64,000 nt of DNA. Origin: Candidatus Dormibacteria bacterium. Its GTDB lineage: Bacteria > Chloroflexota > Dormibacteria > Aeolococcales > Bog-877. A model generated the notes under the pieces. The model was not told where the DNA came from and made no database searches. It saw nothing but the letters and a program-made list of their open reading frames with translations. Made by a program: the position numbers and the translations under genes. This document shows, in pieces, positions 1-8,869 of the stretch. Where the stretch lies: contig JBOHUM010000007.1 in NCBI GenBank assembly GCA_050734515.1, positions 3,764 to 67,763 on the forward strand, written 5' to 3'. The stretch's first letter is position 1, and each line of letters starts with the position of its first letter.

Positions 1-89
1 AGGCCCGGCCCGGGGCCGGCCGCCGGGGTGCTGAGGTAACCGCTGGCGGTGTCACCGTTGCTGGGGTACTCCACCATCTCCTGGGCCAT
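1..89 (-). CDS. 5' end of a dienelactone-hydrolase-like gene (partial, runs off the window start)
   Basis: The reverse strand reads GGGAGGTGAcc-ATG (ATG at 89..87). It then encodes MAQEMVEYPSNGDTASGYLSTPAAGPGPG, which resembles the usual N-terminus of DLH-family hydrolases. Only about 29 codons are visible. Confidence 0.4.
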   Translation of the reverse strand, partial: MAQEMVEYPSNGDTASGYLSTPAAGPGPG

Positions 90-173
90 GGTCACCTCCC
101 TGGGCTCCGCCTGCTCTCGATAGCGATTTTCACTGTATAGCTGGGTCCAACAATAGGCCCCGGGGCTGGGCGG

Positions 174-1907
174 CTAGGCCTGGGCCGGGCGCAGGTCGCG
201 GAGCAGCAGCCGAGCCCGGCGCCGGCTGCGCCAGCGGTCGAGCTCCAACTCGAAGAGCGCGTCCACCCGCCTACCTGCAGGGAGGTGGGTGCGCAGGTGG
301 GGCCGGTTGAAGGTTATGGCCTCGGCCCGACCGGCGCGATCGGCTAGCCGCACCCGCAGATGGGCGCCGTCGCGCCCCAGGGGCTCGGTGGCGACCACCC
401 GACAATCGCTGGCGCAGAGCAGCACCGGGGGGTTACCGACCCCGCAGGGTTGGAGCAACTGCAGCTGTTCCGCCAGGTCCAGGTCGCACTCGCCCAGCTC
501 CACCCTGGCGTCAACCTGGAAGGTGCGCAGCGGCGCCCGGGCCCCGAGCTGCTCGGCCACGGCCGCCCCCAAAGCGGCCGGGAGCCGGTCCGCCAGCCCG
601 GGTTCGGGACTGAGAGTGAAGCCGCCGGCGCCCCGATGACCGCCGTAGCGGAGAAGCATCTCCCGGCAGCTGGATAGGACCCTCACCACGTCCAGGCCGC
701 TCACCCCACGCGCCGACCCCCGCCACTCGGCACCGCTGCGGTTGTAGACAAAGCTGGGGCGCCCGAACTCCTCGCTGAGCCGGCCGGCAACCAGCCCCAC
801 CACCCCGGGCGGGATCTCTGACGAGCCGAGCACGATGGCAGCCTGGCCTTCCGCCAGCGCCTCGACCGCCGGGCGCGCCACCACCAGCGCCTGCGCCAGG
901 GCCAGGCGCCGGTCCCGGTTGAGCGCCTGCAGGCGAGCCGCTGCCGCCTCGGCCTCCTCGACCGACTCGGCGAGGCAGCAGCGCAGTGCCACCTCGGCGT
1001 CCTCCATCCGCCCGGCGGCGTTGATCCGCGGGCCTAGGGAAAAGGCCAGGTCGGCGCTTCCCAGCGGCGGGGTCACCCCCGCCACCCGGGCCAGGGCCCG
1101 GAGCCCCAGGGGCGCGTCCTCCGCCCAGCCGGCCAGCCCCCGTCGCACCAGCTCCCGGTTCTCCTCCAGCAGCGGCACCATGTCCGCCACCGTGCCCAGC
1201 GCCACCAGCGGCAGCTGGGCGGCGGCGGTGCCCACCGGCAGCTCGCCGACCGTCTCCAGGGCCCGGACCAGCTTGAAGGCCACCCCCACCCCGGCCAGCC
1301 CCTTGAACGGGTAGAGATCGTCGGGGCGCTGGGGATTGACCAGCGCGTCGGCGGGGGCCAGCTCGAACTCGGCGGAGCCGGCGCCGGCCAGGGGCAGATG
1401 GTGGTCGGTGATGATGAGTTCCAATCCCGCCGGGCGCTGGCGCACCACCTCCACCGCGGTCGTGCCGCAGTCGACGGTGATCACCAGCTCCACCCCCCGG
1501 CCACGGAGTTCCAGGAGCGCCTCCCGGTTGAGACCGTAGCCCTCGGCCTGGCGGCGGGGGATGTAGGCCAGGGCCCGCCGTCCCCGGGCCCGCAGCGCCC
1601 GCAGCAGCACCGCCGAGGCCGTCACCCCGTCGGCGTCGTAGTCCCCGTAAATGGCGATCGACCGGTCCTCTGCCAGCGCCCGGCGCAGCAGCGCCACCGC
1701 CCGCTCCATGTCGGCGAGTAAGAAGGGATCGTGCTCTTGGTCGTCGGCGCCGGCCCGGGCCCGCACCGACTCCAGAGTGGCGCCCCGGGAGCGGACGATC
1801 CGCTCGAAAGCGCCGCCCTGACTGGCCGCCTCCCCCTCCGGCAGGACCCACTGGCGTGGGGCCCGCCTCACGGGCTGCCGCTCAAGGCGTCGACCGCCGG
1901 GAAGCAC
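174..1907 (-). CDS. recJ: Single-stranded-DNA-specific exonuclease RecJ
   Basis: 577-aa ORF with DHH-family motifs (AIYGDYDADGVTA, VITVDCGT, LIITDHH) and a DHHA1-type motif GGHRGAGGF. The exact start was not verified. Confidence 0.88.
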   Translation of the reverse strand: MLPGGRRLERQPVRRAPRQWVLPEGEAASQGGAFERIVRSRGATLESVRARAGADDQEHDPFLLADMERAVALLRRALAEDRSIAIYGDYDADGVTASAVLLRALRARGRRALAYIPRRQAEGYGLNREALLELRGRGVELVITVDCGTTAVEVVRQRPAGLELIITDHHLPLAGAGSAEFELAPADALVNPQRPDDLYPFKGLAGVGVAFKLVRALETVGELPVGTAAAQLPLVALGTVADMVPLLEENRELVRRGLAGWAEDAPLGLRALARVAGVTPPLGSADLAFSLGPRINAAGRMEDAEVALRCCLAESVEEAEAAAARLQALNRDRRLALAQALVVARPAVEALAEGQAAIVLGSSEIPPGVVGLVAGRLSEEFGRPSFVYNRSGAEWRGSARGVSGLDVVRVLSSCREMLLRYGGHRGAGGFTLSPEPGLADRLPAALGAAVAEQLGARAPLRTFQVDARVELGECDLDLAEQLQLLQPCGVGNPPVLLCASDCRVVATEPLGRDGAHLRVRLADRAGRAEAITFNRPHLRTHLPAGRRVDALFELELDRWRSRRRARLLLRDLRPAQA

Positions 1908-1965
1908 TCACCCGGGTCGATTTTAGGCCGGCCGACGCCCGGTACCCGGCCCGGCGCGAGACACT

Positions 1966-2472
1966 GTGGGGATGAATCGTCGGTCGTCGGGGCGGCGGTC
2001 CCAGCCTCCGCCCAGCCCGGAGGAGGCGCGCGCCAAGGCCGAGCGGCGGCGGCGCGGGCTCCAGGTCTCCACGGTCTGCCTCCACGGCATGGCCTGGATC
2101 CTGGTCACCTTCTACGCCACCGACTACCTGCCGCCGCTCGCCATCCGGCTCACCGTCGGGGTCTCCTCGCCGCGGCCGGGGCAGTACCTGCTCGGCTACG
2201 CGGTCCTGGGCGCCATCTGTCTGATCCTGGGCGGAGTCTTTGGTCGGCTCTACCGGCAGCGGATCGCAGCCAGCCGCTACCGCTGGCGCTGGGTGGTCTT
2301 CCCAGCCGTCCTGGCTCTGTTGCTCATCCCCAGCCAGGGGTTCAACGAGTGGCTGACCAGGCTGGTGGAACTGGCGTGCGTGGTTGGCGGCATCGGCGCC
2401 GGCGCGGCGTTCAGCCGGCCAGCGCGACCGCGGTGGTCGCAGCCGGCTGTGAGTCACGAGGACGCTCACTGA
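1966..2472 (+). CDS. Hypothetical membrane protein with a basic N-terminus and about 3-4 predicted TM helices
   Basis: 168-aa ORF (GTG 1966 or ATG 1972) with very high third-position GC read codon by codon. Hydrophobic segments include MAWILVTFYATDYL, LLGYAVLGAICLILGGVF and VVFPAVLALLLI. No family recognised. Confidence 0.55.
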   Translation: MGMNRRSSGRRSQPPPSPEEARAKAERRRRGLQVSTVCLHGMAWILVTFYATDYLPPLAIRLTVGVSSPRPGQYLLGYAVLGAICLILGGVFGRLYRQRIAASRYRWRWVVFPAVLALLLIPSQGFNEWLTRLVELACVVGGIGAGAAFSRPARPRWSQPAVSHEDAH

Positions 2473-4420
2473 CCGGCCGGTAGAGGGTGTCCCGCTCCCA
2501 GGGCACCCGGCCTGCGGAGCGGATGGCGGCCTCGATCTCCGACCGCTCCAGGTTCTGGCCGTGGTCGGCGCCGCTCATGCGCGTGATCGACTCCTCCATC
2601 AGGGTGCCGCCGAAGTCGTTGGCACCCCAGGCCAGCGAGCTGGCGACCCCCTGGGGGCCGAGCTTGACCCAGCTGGTCTGGATGTTGGGGATGTCCTGGC
2701 CGAAGTACAGCCGGCAGTAAGCGGTGAAGCGCAGGGAGTCCTCCAGGGTCAGCGGGGACTGGATGCCGAAGTACTTGCCCAGGGTGTTGTTGTGCACCTG
2801 GAAGGGCAGGAGCACGAACTCGGTGATGCCTCCGGTCTCGCGCTGGAGGTTGCGGATCACCTCCAGGTGGCGGAGCCGATGCCAGGGAGTCTCGATGTGG
2901 CCATACATGATGGTTGAGGTGGTGGGGATCCCCACCTGATGGGCGGTGCGAACGATCTCCACCCACTCCTCGGTGGTGAGCTTCTCCGGGCACAGGATGC
3001 GGCGCACCTCCTCGACCAGAATCTCGGCGGCGGTGCCGGGGAGGGTGCCCAGGCCGGCGTCGCGCAGTTGGCGGAGCACGTCCGCCACCGAGCGACCGGA
3101 CTCGTGTGCGATGTAGCGGATCTCCTCAGGAGAGAGCGCATGGAGGTGGAGGGTGGGCCAGCGCTCCTTGACCTCCCGGAAGAGTCGGTCGTAGAAGTCG
3201 AGGTTCAGCTCCGGGGTGAGCCCCGACTGCATGCAGACCTCGGTGGCTCCCCGGGCAACCGCGTCCTCGATCTTGGCGAAGACGGTGTCATGGTCGTGGA
3301 AGTAGGCGCCCTTGGCCTGCAGGGAACTGCGGCGAAAACCGCAGAACTTGCAGGTGCCAACGCAGACGTTGCTGACGTTGACGTTGCGGTTGACGACGTA
3401 GCTGACGCCGTCGCCGACCAGCTGCCGGCGCAGGGTGTCGGCCGCGGCGCGGAGATCGGCCGCCGACTCCTGGTAGACCGGCAGCCGCTCCTGGAGCCGG
3501 TAGCCCAGGGACCGCGCCCGCTCCGCCAGCTCCGGCTCGGCCGGCCAGCGGTAGGCGGGGCTGACAGAGTCGCCGTCGGCGGAGATCCCGCCCAGGTCAG
3601 TGGCCCCGGCCTCCACCAGCTCCGGCCAGCCGGAGAAGTTGAGGTTGGGGGGCACCTGGACCGCGACGTCCGCGGGAAGGATCTCCCGGGCCAGGGCCAC
3701 CGCCTGGCGCAGGGTCGGGGCATCGCAGGCGGGGTGGTCGGCCATGGGCGTCCCCGGCTTGGGGACGAAGTTCTGGACGATCACCTCCTGCAGGTGCTGG
3801 TGACGGCGATGAGTCTCCGCCAGCAGCTCCAGGGCGTGGCGGCGGTCCGCCAGCGTCTCGCCGATGCCCACCAGGATCCCCGAGGTGAAGGGGATCTGGA
3901 GCTCGCCGGCCCAGTCGATGTGGGCCAGCCGCTCCCGGTAGCGCTTGCCCGACCCCTGGGCGTGGGCCTGCAGCTGGTCGCTGCCGGTCTCCAGCATCAG
4001 GCCCATGGAGGCGTTCCAGGGCTTGAGCCGGGCCAGGCTGGGCCGCTCCAGCAGGCCGACGTTGGTGTGGGGCAGCAAGCCGCGGTCCATTGCCCGGCGG
4101 CAGATCTCCTCGACCAGATCGACAAACGCCCCTTCGTCCCTGAGCCCCAGGTCGGGGAGCCGCCAGGGCTGCTCCCCGGACATGATCAGGACCTCCCGGC
4201 AGCGCAGGGCCAGGGCCTGGTCCAACTGCTGGTCGACGGCCTCGAGGGCGATCAGGCCGCCCTGGTCCTGGCGGTACTCGCAGTACCCACAGCGCCGGGC
4301 GCAGCGGTAGGTGACGTCGACCGTGTAGCTGCGGCTGAAGGTTAGATAGCGGCTGGGGTACTGGGGCTGATGCCTGCTGGCGGTGCCCGCCGCCGAGGGA
4401 AGGATCGCCTCGTAGGCCAT
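2411..4420 (-). CDS. fbiC: FO synthase (fused CofG/CofH; 7,8-didemethyl-8-hydroxy-5-deazariboflavin synthase)
   Basis: Two radical-SAM CxxxCxxC boxes are present: CARRCGYC in the N-terminal half and CVGTCKFC in the C-terminal half. Both halves look CofG/CofH-like. The track ORF (to 5107) is over-extended. I place the start at ATG 4420 (MAYEAILPS...), 36 nt after the upstream stop, with no obvious SD. Confidence 0.85.
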   Translation of the reverse strand: MAYEAILPSAAGTASRHQPQYPSRYLTFSRSYTVDVTYRCARRCGYCEYRQDQGGLIALEAVDQQLDQALALRCREVLIMSGEQPWRLPDLGLRDEGAFVDLVEEICRRAMDRGLLPHTNVGLLERPSLARLKPWNASMGLMLETGSDQLQAHAQGSGKRYRERLAHIDWAGELQIPFTSGILVGIGETLADRRHALELLAETHRRHQHLQEVIVQNFVPKPGTPMADHPACDAPTLRQAVALAREILPADVAVQVPPNLNFSGWPELVEAGATDLGGISADGDSVSPAYRWPAEPELAERARSLGYRLQERLPVYQESAADLRAAADTLRRQLVGDGVSYVVNRNVNVSNVCVGTCKFCGFRRSSLQAKGAYFHDHDTVFAKIEDAVARGATEVCMQSGLTPELNLDFYDRLFREVKERWPTLHLHALSPEEIRYIAHESGRSVADVLRQLRDAGLGTLPGTAAEILVEEVRRILCPEKLTTEEWVEIVRTAHQVGIPTTSTIMYGHIETPWHRLRHLEVIRNLQRETGGITEFVLLPFQVHNNTLGKYFGIQSPLTLEDSLRFTAYCRLYFGQDIPNIQTSWVKLGPQGVASSLAWGANDFGGTLMEESITRMSGADHGQNLERSEIEAAIRSAGRVPWERDTLYRPVSERPRDSQPAATTAVALAG

Positions 4421-4455
4421 ACCCGGAATTATGGAGCCGGGCGCCGCGGCCCGAC

Positions 4456-5178
4456 TCAGACCCGAAGCGGGACCAGGGCGCTGGGGAAGTTGCTGCCGAA
4501 CTTCTGAGCGTAGCCGTCCAGGGCCAGCAGCAGCTGCTGCTGGAAGGCGAGCCGCTCCACCAGGTCGGACTGGGAGGCGGCGGCCGCGTCCCCGGCCAGG
4601 TGGCGCTGGATCCAGGGGGGCACGGCCGCCAGCAGGTGAGTCGTCCCCCCCACCAGGATGACCGTCTCGGGCCGGGTGTCCTCCACCCGCAGGGAAACCC
4701 GGAGCAGGATCCCGGTGCGGTTGGCCAGGGCCCAGACCCGCTCCCAGTGGCCGGGGTCGTGGCGCAGCCGGTCGGGCCGGGTGTAGCGGATCGCCGGGTC
4801 GTTGATGATGCTCATGTCGGCGTCGCCCCAGCGCACCAGTCGCTCCACCACCGGCTGGTCGAGGTCGCGCGACACCCACATCACCAGGGAGGCGCTGCGG
4901 CTGTCCAGGTCCGGGGGCATCACCTCGGTGCCCTGCTCCCGAGCCAGGGCCATCACCTCGACGATGCTCGCGTGGCGCAGGCAGTAGGCGCGGGTGGCCA
5001 CCACTCGCAGGTGTTCGGTACACGCGGCCCAGGAGCAGTCCACGGCGCGCCGGTCCCGGTAGAGGCAGCGAAACGCCTCCTTGTTGGCGCAGCCGTGATG
5101 GTCGCAACCGCCGCCCTCGGCCTCGCCGTAGCGCGGAGGCGGTGCGACTAACTCAACGATCTTCGCGGGCTTGGCCAT
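4456..5178 (-). CDS. Hypothetical protein with a Cys/His-rich N-terminal region
   Basis: 240-aa ORF starting at ATG 5178, preceded by AAGGGAG. The N-terminus reads GGGCDHHGCANKEAFRCLYRDRRAVDCSWAACTEHLRVVATRAYCLRH (6 Cys, 4 His). Same strand as fbiC and 35 nt upstream of it. No family recognised. Confidence 0.6.
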   Translation of the reverse strand: MAKPAKIVELVAPPPRYGEAEGGGCDHHGCANKEAFRCLYRDRRAVDCSWAACTEHLRVVATRAYCLRHASIVEVMALAREQGTEVMPPDLDSRSASLVMWVSRDLDQPVVERLVRWGDADMSIINDPAIRYTRPDRLRHDPGHWERVWALANRTGILLRVSLRVEDTRPETVILVGGTTHLLAAVPPWIQRHLAGDAAAASQSDLVERLAFQQQLLLALDGYAQKFGSNFPSALVPLRV

Positions 5179-5271
5179 GTCTCAGCATCTCCCTTGCACT
5201 CCGGTGCGAATTCGCCGCGCACCGACCGGGACGGTGCCGAGGTCCACCGGGTCGCTGTCAAACGTGCGCCG

Positions 5272-5300
5272 AAGATAGCAGAGCAAATCGAGATCGGCAA
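5272..5300 (-). promoter_or_regulatory. Candidate sigma-70-type promoter for the hypothetical-fbiC unit
   Basis: The reverse strand reads TTGCCG (5300..5295), a 17-nt spacer, then TATCTT (5277..5272), about 90 nt upstream of ATG 5178. Prediction from sequence only. Confidence 0.3.
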
Positions 5301-5313
5301 CGGCGATTCCGGT

Positions 5314-5344
5314 CAGTTCAGCAGTTGTGACAGTTTCGTCAGTC
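5314..5344. repeat. Phased short direct repeats CAGTT x3 plus CAGTC
   Basis: CAGTT occurs at 5314, 5322 and 5331, and CAGTC at 5340 (spacing 8, 9 and 9 nt). The cluster sits in a locally AT-richer patch between the aceB stop (5354) and the candidate -35 at 5300. Confidence 0.5.
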
Positions 5345-5353
5345 GCGGGCAGC

Positions 5354-6910
5354 TCAGGCGAGATGCGGATACGCGATCAGGGTGAGGAAGTCGACCAGCT
5401 CGTCGTCAAGGGCTACCCGGTTGAACACCTCAGCCGCCTGCTGGTAGCCGTCGCCGAGCTGGCCCAGGACTTCGTCCTCCAGCTCCAGCACCCGCTGCCT
5501 GCTCACCCTTCCGTGGCGCAGCCACTGCCAGATCTGGGAGCGGGAGATCTCGGCGGTGGCGGCGTCCTCCATCAGGTTGTTGATGGCGGCAGCGCCCACG
5601 CCGTTGAGCCAGGAGGCGATGTACTGGATCCCGACCGAGACGTTGAGCCGCACCCCGTCGTCGGTCACGCCGCCGGGGGTGGAGGCGACGTCGAGGAGCT
5701 GGGCGGCTCCCACCTGCACCTCCTCGCGCAGGCGCTGGACCTGGTTGGGGCGGTCGCCCAGCTGGTGATCGAAGACCTCCCGGGCCACCGGCACCAGGTC
5801 GGGGTGGGCGACCCAGGTGCCGTCGAAGCCGTCAGAGGCCTCGCGGAGCTTGTCCTCGCGGACCCGCTCCAGGGCGAGGCGGTTGAGCTCGGGGTCGCGT
5901 CGGGTGGGGATGAAGGCAGCCATGCCCCCGATGGCGTGGGCGCCCCGGCGGTGGCAGGTCCTCACCAGGAGCTCGGTGTAGGCGCGCATGAACGGGACGG
6001 TCATCGCCACCAGGGGACGGTCGGGGAGCACGAACTCCGGGCGCTGGCGGAACTTCTTGATGATCGAGAACATGTAGTCCCAACGTCCGGCGTTGAGACC
6101 GATGGAGCGCTCCCGGAGCTCGTAGAGGATCTCCTCCATCTCGAAGGCGGCGAGCACGGTCTCGATCAGGACGGTGGCGCGGATGGCGCCTCGGGGCAGA
6201 CTCAGCTGGTCCTCGGCCAGTCGGCAGGTCTCATTCCAGAGGCGCGCCTCAAGGTGGCTCTCCAGCTTGGGCAAGTACAGGTAGGGGCCGGAGCCCCGCT
6301 CCAGCAGCTCGCGGGCGCAGTGGAAGGCGAAGAGGCCGAAGTCGAAGAGGCTGGCCGAGATCGGCCGGTCGTCGACCAGGAAGTGCTTCTCGGGCAGGTG
6401 CCAGCCCCGGGGCCGCACCAGCAGGGTCGCGGTCCGCTCCCCCAGCCGATAGCTCTTACCCCCCGACTCCAGGCTGATGGTCCGGGCCACGGCGTCGATC
6501 AGGTTGGCCTGGCCCTCCAGGCAGTTGCTCCAGGTGGGCGAGTTGGCGTCCTCGAAGTCGGCCATGAACACGCTGGCCCCGGAGTTGAGGGCGTTGATCA
6601 TCATCTTCCGCTCGACCGGCCCGGTGATCTCGACCCGGCGGTCGAGCAGATCGCTGGGCGGCGGGGCGACCGACCAGCTCTGCTCCTCGCGCAGCTCCCG
6701 GGTCTCCTGGAGGAAGTCGGGCAGCTCGCCCTGGTCGAGACGCAGCTGGCGCCCCTGGCGCTCCGCCAGGAGCCGGTCCCTTTCCCCGCCCAGCTCTCGT
6801 TGCAGCCGGGTGAGAAAGGCCACGGCCTCCGGGGTCAGGACCCGCGCCGCAGCCTCGCCCCCTTCGGCTCCACGCTCGGTGCCGGAGGGGGCGGCGTCAC
6901 CTTTGGTCAT
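5354..6910 (-). CDS. aceB: Malate synthase A
   Basis: 518 aa with malate synthase A-type sequence ([46 protein letters not shown]). Its ATG overlaps the aceA stop as ATGA (6907-6910). Confidence 0.9.
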   Translation of the reverse strand: MTKGDAAPSGTERGAEGGEAAARVLTPEAVAFLTRLQRELGGERDRLLAERQGRQLRLDQGELPDFLQETRELREEQSWSVAPPPSDLLDRRVEITGPVERKMMINALNSGASVFMADFEDANSPTWSNCLEGQANLIDAVARTISLESGGKSYRLGERTATLLVRPRGWHLPEKHFLVDDRPISASLFDFGLFAFHCARELLERGSGPYLYLPKLESHLEARLWNETCRLAEDQLSLPRGAIRATVLIETVLAAFEMEEILYELRERSIGLNAGRWDYMFSIIKKFRQRPEFVLPDRPLVAMTVPFMRAYTELLVRTCHRRGAHAIGGMAAFIPTRRDPELNRLALERVREDKLREASDGFDGTWVAHPDLVPVAREVFDHQLGDRPNQVQRLREEVQVGAAQLLDVASTPGGVTDDGVRLNVSVGIQYIASWLNGVGAAAINNLMEDAATAEISRSQIWQWLRHGRVSRQRVLELEDEVLGQLGDGYQQAAEVFNRVALDDELVDFLTLIAYPHLA

Positions 6911-8235
6911 CCCGCGCGGGGGCTCTCGAACTGCGCCTCCTCGGTCGAACCCTGGAGGGCCAGGGTGGCGCTGGCGCCGGCGGTGACGATCTCCAGGACG
7001 GCGTCGAAGTAGCCGGCCCCGACCTCGGTCTGGTGCCGCGTGGAGGTGTAGCCCTGCTGCTCCAGCTCGAACTCACGCTGCTGCAGGCGCACATAGGCGC
7101 TCATACCCTCGCGGGCGTAGCCTCGGGCCAGTTCGAACATCGAGCTGTTGGCGACGTGGAAGCCCGCCAGGGTGACGAACTGGAACTTGTAGCCGAGGTC
7201 GCTGAGCCGGCGCTGGAAGGCGGCCACGTCGGCGTCGCTGAGGTGCAGCTTCCAGTTGAAGGAGGGGGAGCAGTTGTAGGCCAGGATCTTTCCCGGGTGC
7301 TGGGCGTGGATCGCCTCGGCGAACTGGGCCGCCTCCTCGATGTTGGGGGTCGAGGTCTCGAACCAGAGGGCATCGCAGAGTGGGGCGAAGGCCAGCCCCC
7401 GAGCGATCACCGACTCGATCCCCGGGCGCACCCTGAAGAAGCCCTCCGAGGTCCGCTCCCCGGTGAGGAACTCCTGGTCCCGGAGGTCGATGTCGCTGGT
7501 GAGCAGGGTGGCGCTGAGCGCGTCGGTGCGCGCCACCAGGAGGGTGGGAACGTCGAGGACGTCGGCCGCCAGGCGCGCCGCCATCAGGGTGCGCTCGAAC
7601 TGGCTGGTTGGCACCAGCACCTTGCCACCAAGGTGGCCGCACTTCTTCTCCGAGGCCAGCTGGTCCTCGAAATGGACCCCCGCCACCCCGGCCTCGATCA
7701 TCGACTTCATCACCTCAAAGGCATGGAGGGGGCCGCCGAATCCCGCCTCGGCGTCGGCCACGATTGGGACCACCCACTCCCCGCCGGTCTGGCCCTCGGC
7801 CCAGGCGATCTGGTCGGCGCGGAGCATGGCCTTGTTGAGGCGCCGGGCCAGGGCGGGCGCGCTGTTGGCGGGGTAGAGGCTCTGGTCGGGGTAGGTCTCG
7901 CCGGCCAGGTTGGCATCGGCGGCCACCTGCCAGCCGGAGAGGTAGATCGCCCTCAGCCCGCCCTTGACCATCTGCACCGCCTGCTGGCCGGTGAGGGCCC
8001 CCAGAGCGGAGACGTAGCCAGGGCCGGTGAGCATCTGGAAAAGCCGCTGGGCGCCGCGGCGGGCCAGGGTGTGCTCGATCGGGATCGATCCGCGCAGGCG
8101 GACCACGTCGCCGGGGGCATAGTTGCGGGCCACTCCCTGCCAGCGGTTCGCCTTCCAGTCTCGCTCCATGTCGGCAACCTGGCGCTCGGGCCGGACCGGT
8201 CGGTGGCCATTGCGGGGAGCCGGTGTCGGCGTCAT
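6907..8235 (-). CDS. aceA: Isocitrate lyase
   Basis: Carries the ICL signature [13 protein letters not shown]. Start re-called to ATG 8235 ([10 protein letters not shown]...), preceded by GGAGGA with an 8-nt spacing. The track ORF extends to 8343. Confidence 0.9.
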   Translation of the reverse strand: MTPTPAPRNGHRPVRPERQVADMERDWKANRWQGVARNYAPGDVVRLRGSIPIEHTLARRGAQRLFQMLTGPGYVSALGALTGQQAVQMVKGGLRAIYLSGWQVAADANLAGETYPDQSLYPANSAPALARRLNKAMLRADQIAWAEGQTGGEWVVPIVADAEAGFGGPLHAFEVMKSMIEAGVAGVHFEDQLASEKKCGHLGGKVLVPTSQFERTLMAARLAADVLDVPTLLVARTDALSATLLTSDIDLRDQEFLTGERTSEGFFRVRPGIESVIARGLAFAPLCDALWFETSTPNIEEAAQFAEAIHAQHPGKILAYNCSPSFNWKLHLSDADVAAFQRRLSDLGYKFQFVTLAGFHVANSSMFELARGYAREGMSAYVRLQQREFELEQQGYTSTRHQTEVGAGYFDAVLEIVTAGASATLALQGSTEEAQFESPRAG

Positions 8236-8402
8236 GTCCTGGTCCTCCTGCCACTGGTGCACTGCCGCAGATAACGCGCCGGGGCGGCTGGGAGATCGCT
8301 CAGTGGGGGCACGGTCGCACCCGCACGAGAACCGGTGCTCCACGGTCCCCGCGGCGCAAACCCCCGCGCTCTGGCGCTATTCGACCCCGCTGCCATCGGC
8401 AG

Positions 8403-8431
8403 ATCCTATGGTCCGGTCCGATAGTTGTCAA
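8403..8431 (-). promoter_or_regulatory. Candidate promoter for aceA-aceB
   Basis: The reverse strand reads TTGACA (8431..8426), an exact 17-nt spacer, then TAGGAT (8408..8403). This implies a leader of about 160 nt before ATG 8235. Confidence 0.4.
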
Positions 8432-8869
8432 GACGGGTCTTTGGGAGGCGGCCTTGGATTCTGGCCAAATTCCCGCGAGGTAGCTGCTGCCGCCCTGCAG
8501 GAACGACGCCAAAAAAAGAGGAGCCAAGAGCCGGGCGGGCTCGGGGGCGATGCGCGCACCCGACACGATCCGGCCAGCTTCACAGCCGTGGGTCGATGAG
8601 CTCGCTCTCGAAAGCACGCAACGCGAAAATGCCGTCGTAGACCGGTGCAGCGGCTCGCCGGAGACGAAGTGCTCCAAAACCTCGATCCCCTGAATGAACG
8701 CGCTGGTGTTTGGCGTTTCGCTGGGCGGCAACGGGGCTACCGATACGCCAAGGCGCAGACCATGCTGGTGCTGTGGAGCAGCACACGCGGCTCACGTGCG
8801 CGGCGTCACTCGAAGGTCTGGCTCGACCTTGGCAGCGGAGTTCGCGCCCGACGGGCGTGGACCGCTGGG

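Noticed and set aside
4421-5107. 5' extensions of track ORFs: fbiC to 5107, purF to 14644, purQ to 17629, pycB to 26532, the epimerase from 38010, infA to 40086, the flippase-like gene to 44588 and the NarL regulator to 51489.
   Set aside because: The extended N-termini are R/P/G-rich and overlap upstream genes in other frames. They also precede the positions where homologous families normally begin. Start-stop coupling, SD sites or -10 boxes support the shorter models.
5327-7012. Long antisense ORFs opposite well-supported genes. Examples: 5327-7012 (+) opposite aceB, 7033-8274 (+) opposite aceA, 2939-4345 (+) opposite fbiC, 14683-16698 (+) opposite purL, 45512-46588 (-) opposite the ABC ATPase gene, 54047-55360 (-) opposite glxK, 56557-57636 (-) opposite yvcK, 60443-61573 (-) and 62701-63726 (-).
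   Set aside because: Their translations are low-complexity G/R/P/A-rich strings with no recognisable motifs. They exactly shadow genes with strong homology-type evidence. Stop-codon depletion in about 70% GC DNA routinely produces such shadow ORFs.
8371-8395. A tRNA-like 3' end (..TATTCGACCCCGCTGCCA).
   Set aside because: The flanking bases cannot form a T-stem (GGCGC versus CCCCG) or an acceptor stem, and no D-arm or anticodon-arm structure is evident. It lies inside the predicted aceA leader.
8504-8545. Terminator-like element on the minus strand (GAGCC..GGCTC stem followed by CTCTTTTTTT).
   Set aside because: The stem is only 5 bp and the T-run starts about 10 nt after it. It also lies about 350 nt downstream of the nearest stop (8870), so it is not a convincing intrinsic terminator.
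8550-8696. A 48-codon + strand ORF (MRAPDTIRPASQPWVDELALESTQRENAVVDRCSGSPETKCSKTSIP) in the aceA upstream gap.
   Set aside because: There is no SD within useful distance (AGAGGAG is about 30 nt upstream). GC3 is about 74% by my count, below that of the coding genes I read through. No recognisable motif is present. It is kept only as part of the gap finding.
8600-8731. Minus-strand peptide FIQGIEVLEHFVSGEPL, faintly reminiscent of an IclR-type HTH N-terminus. It could be a decayed iclR next to aceBA.
   Set aside because: There are only about 15 residues of vague similarity. The rest of the 143-aa ORF has no IclR features and only intermediate GC3. A tblastx/HMM search is needed before calling a pseudogene.
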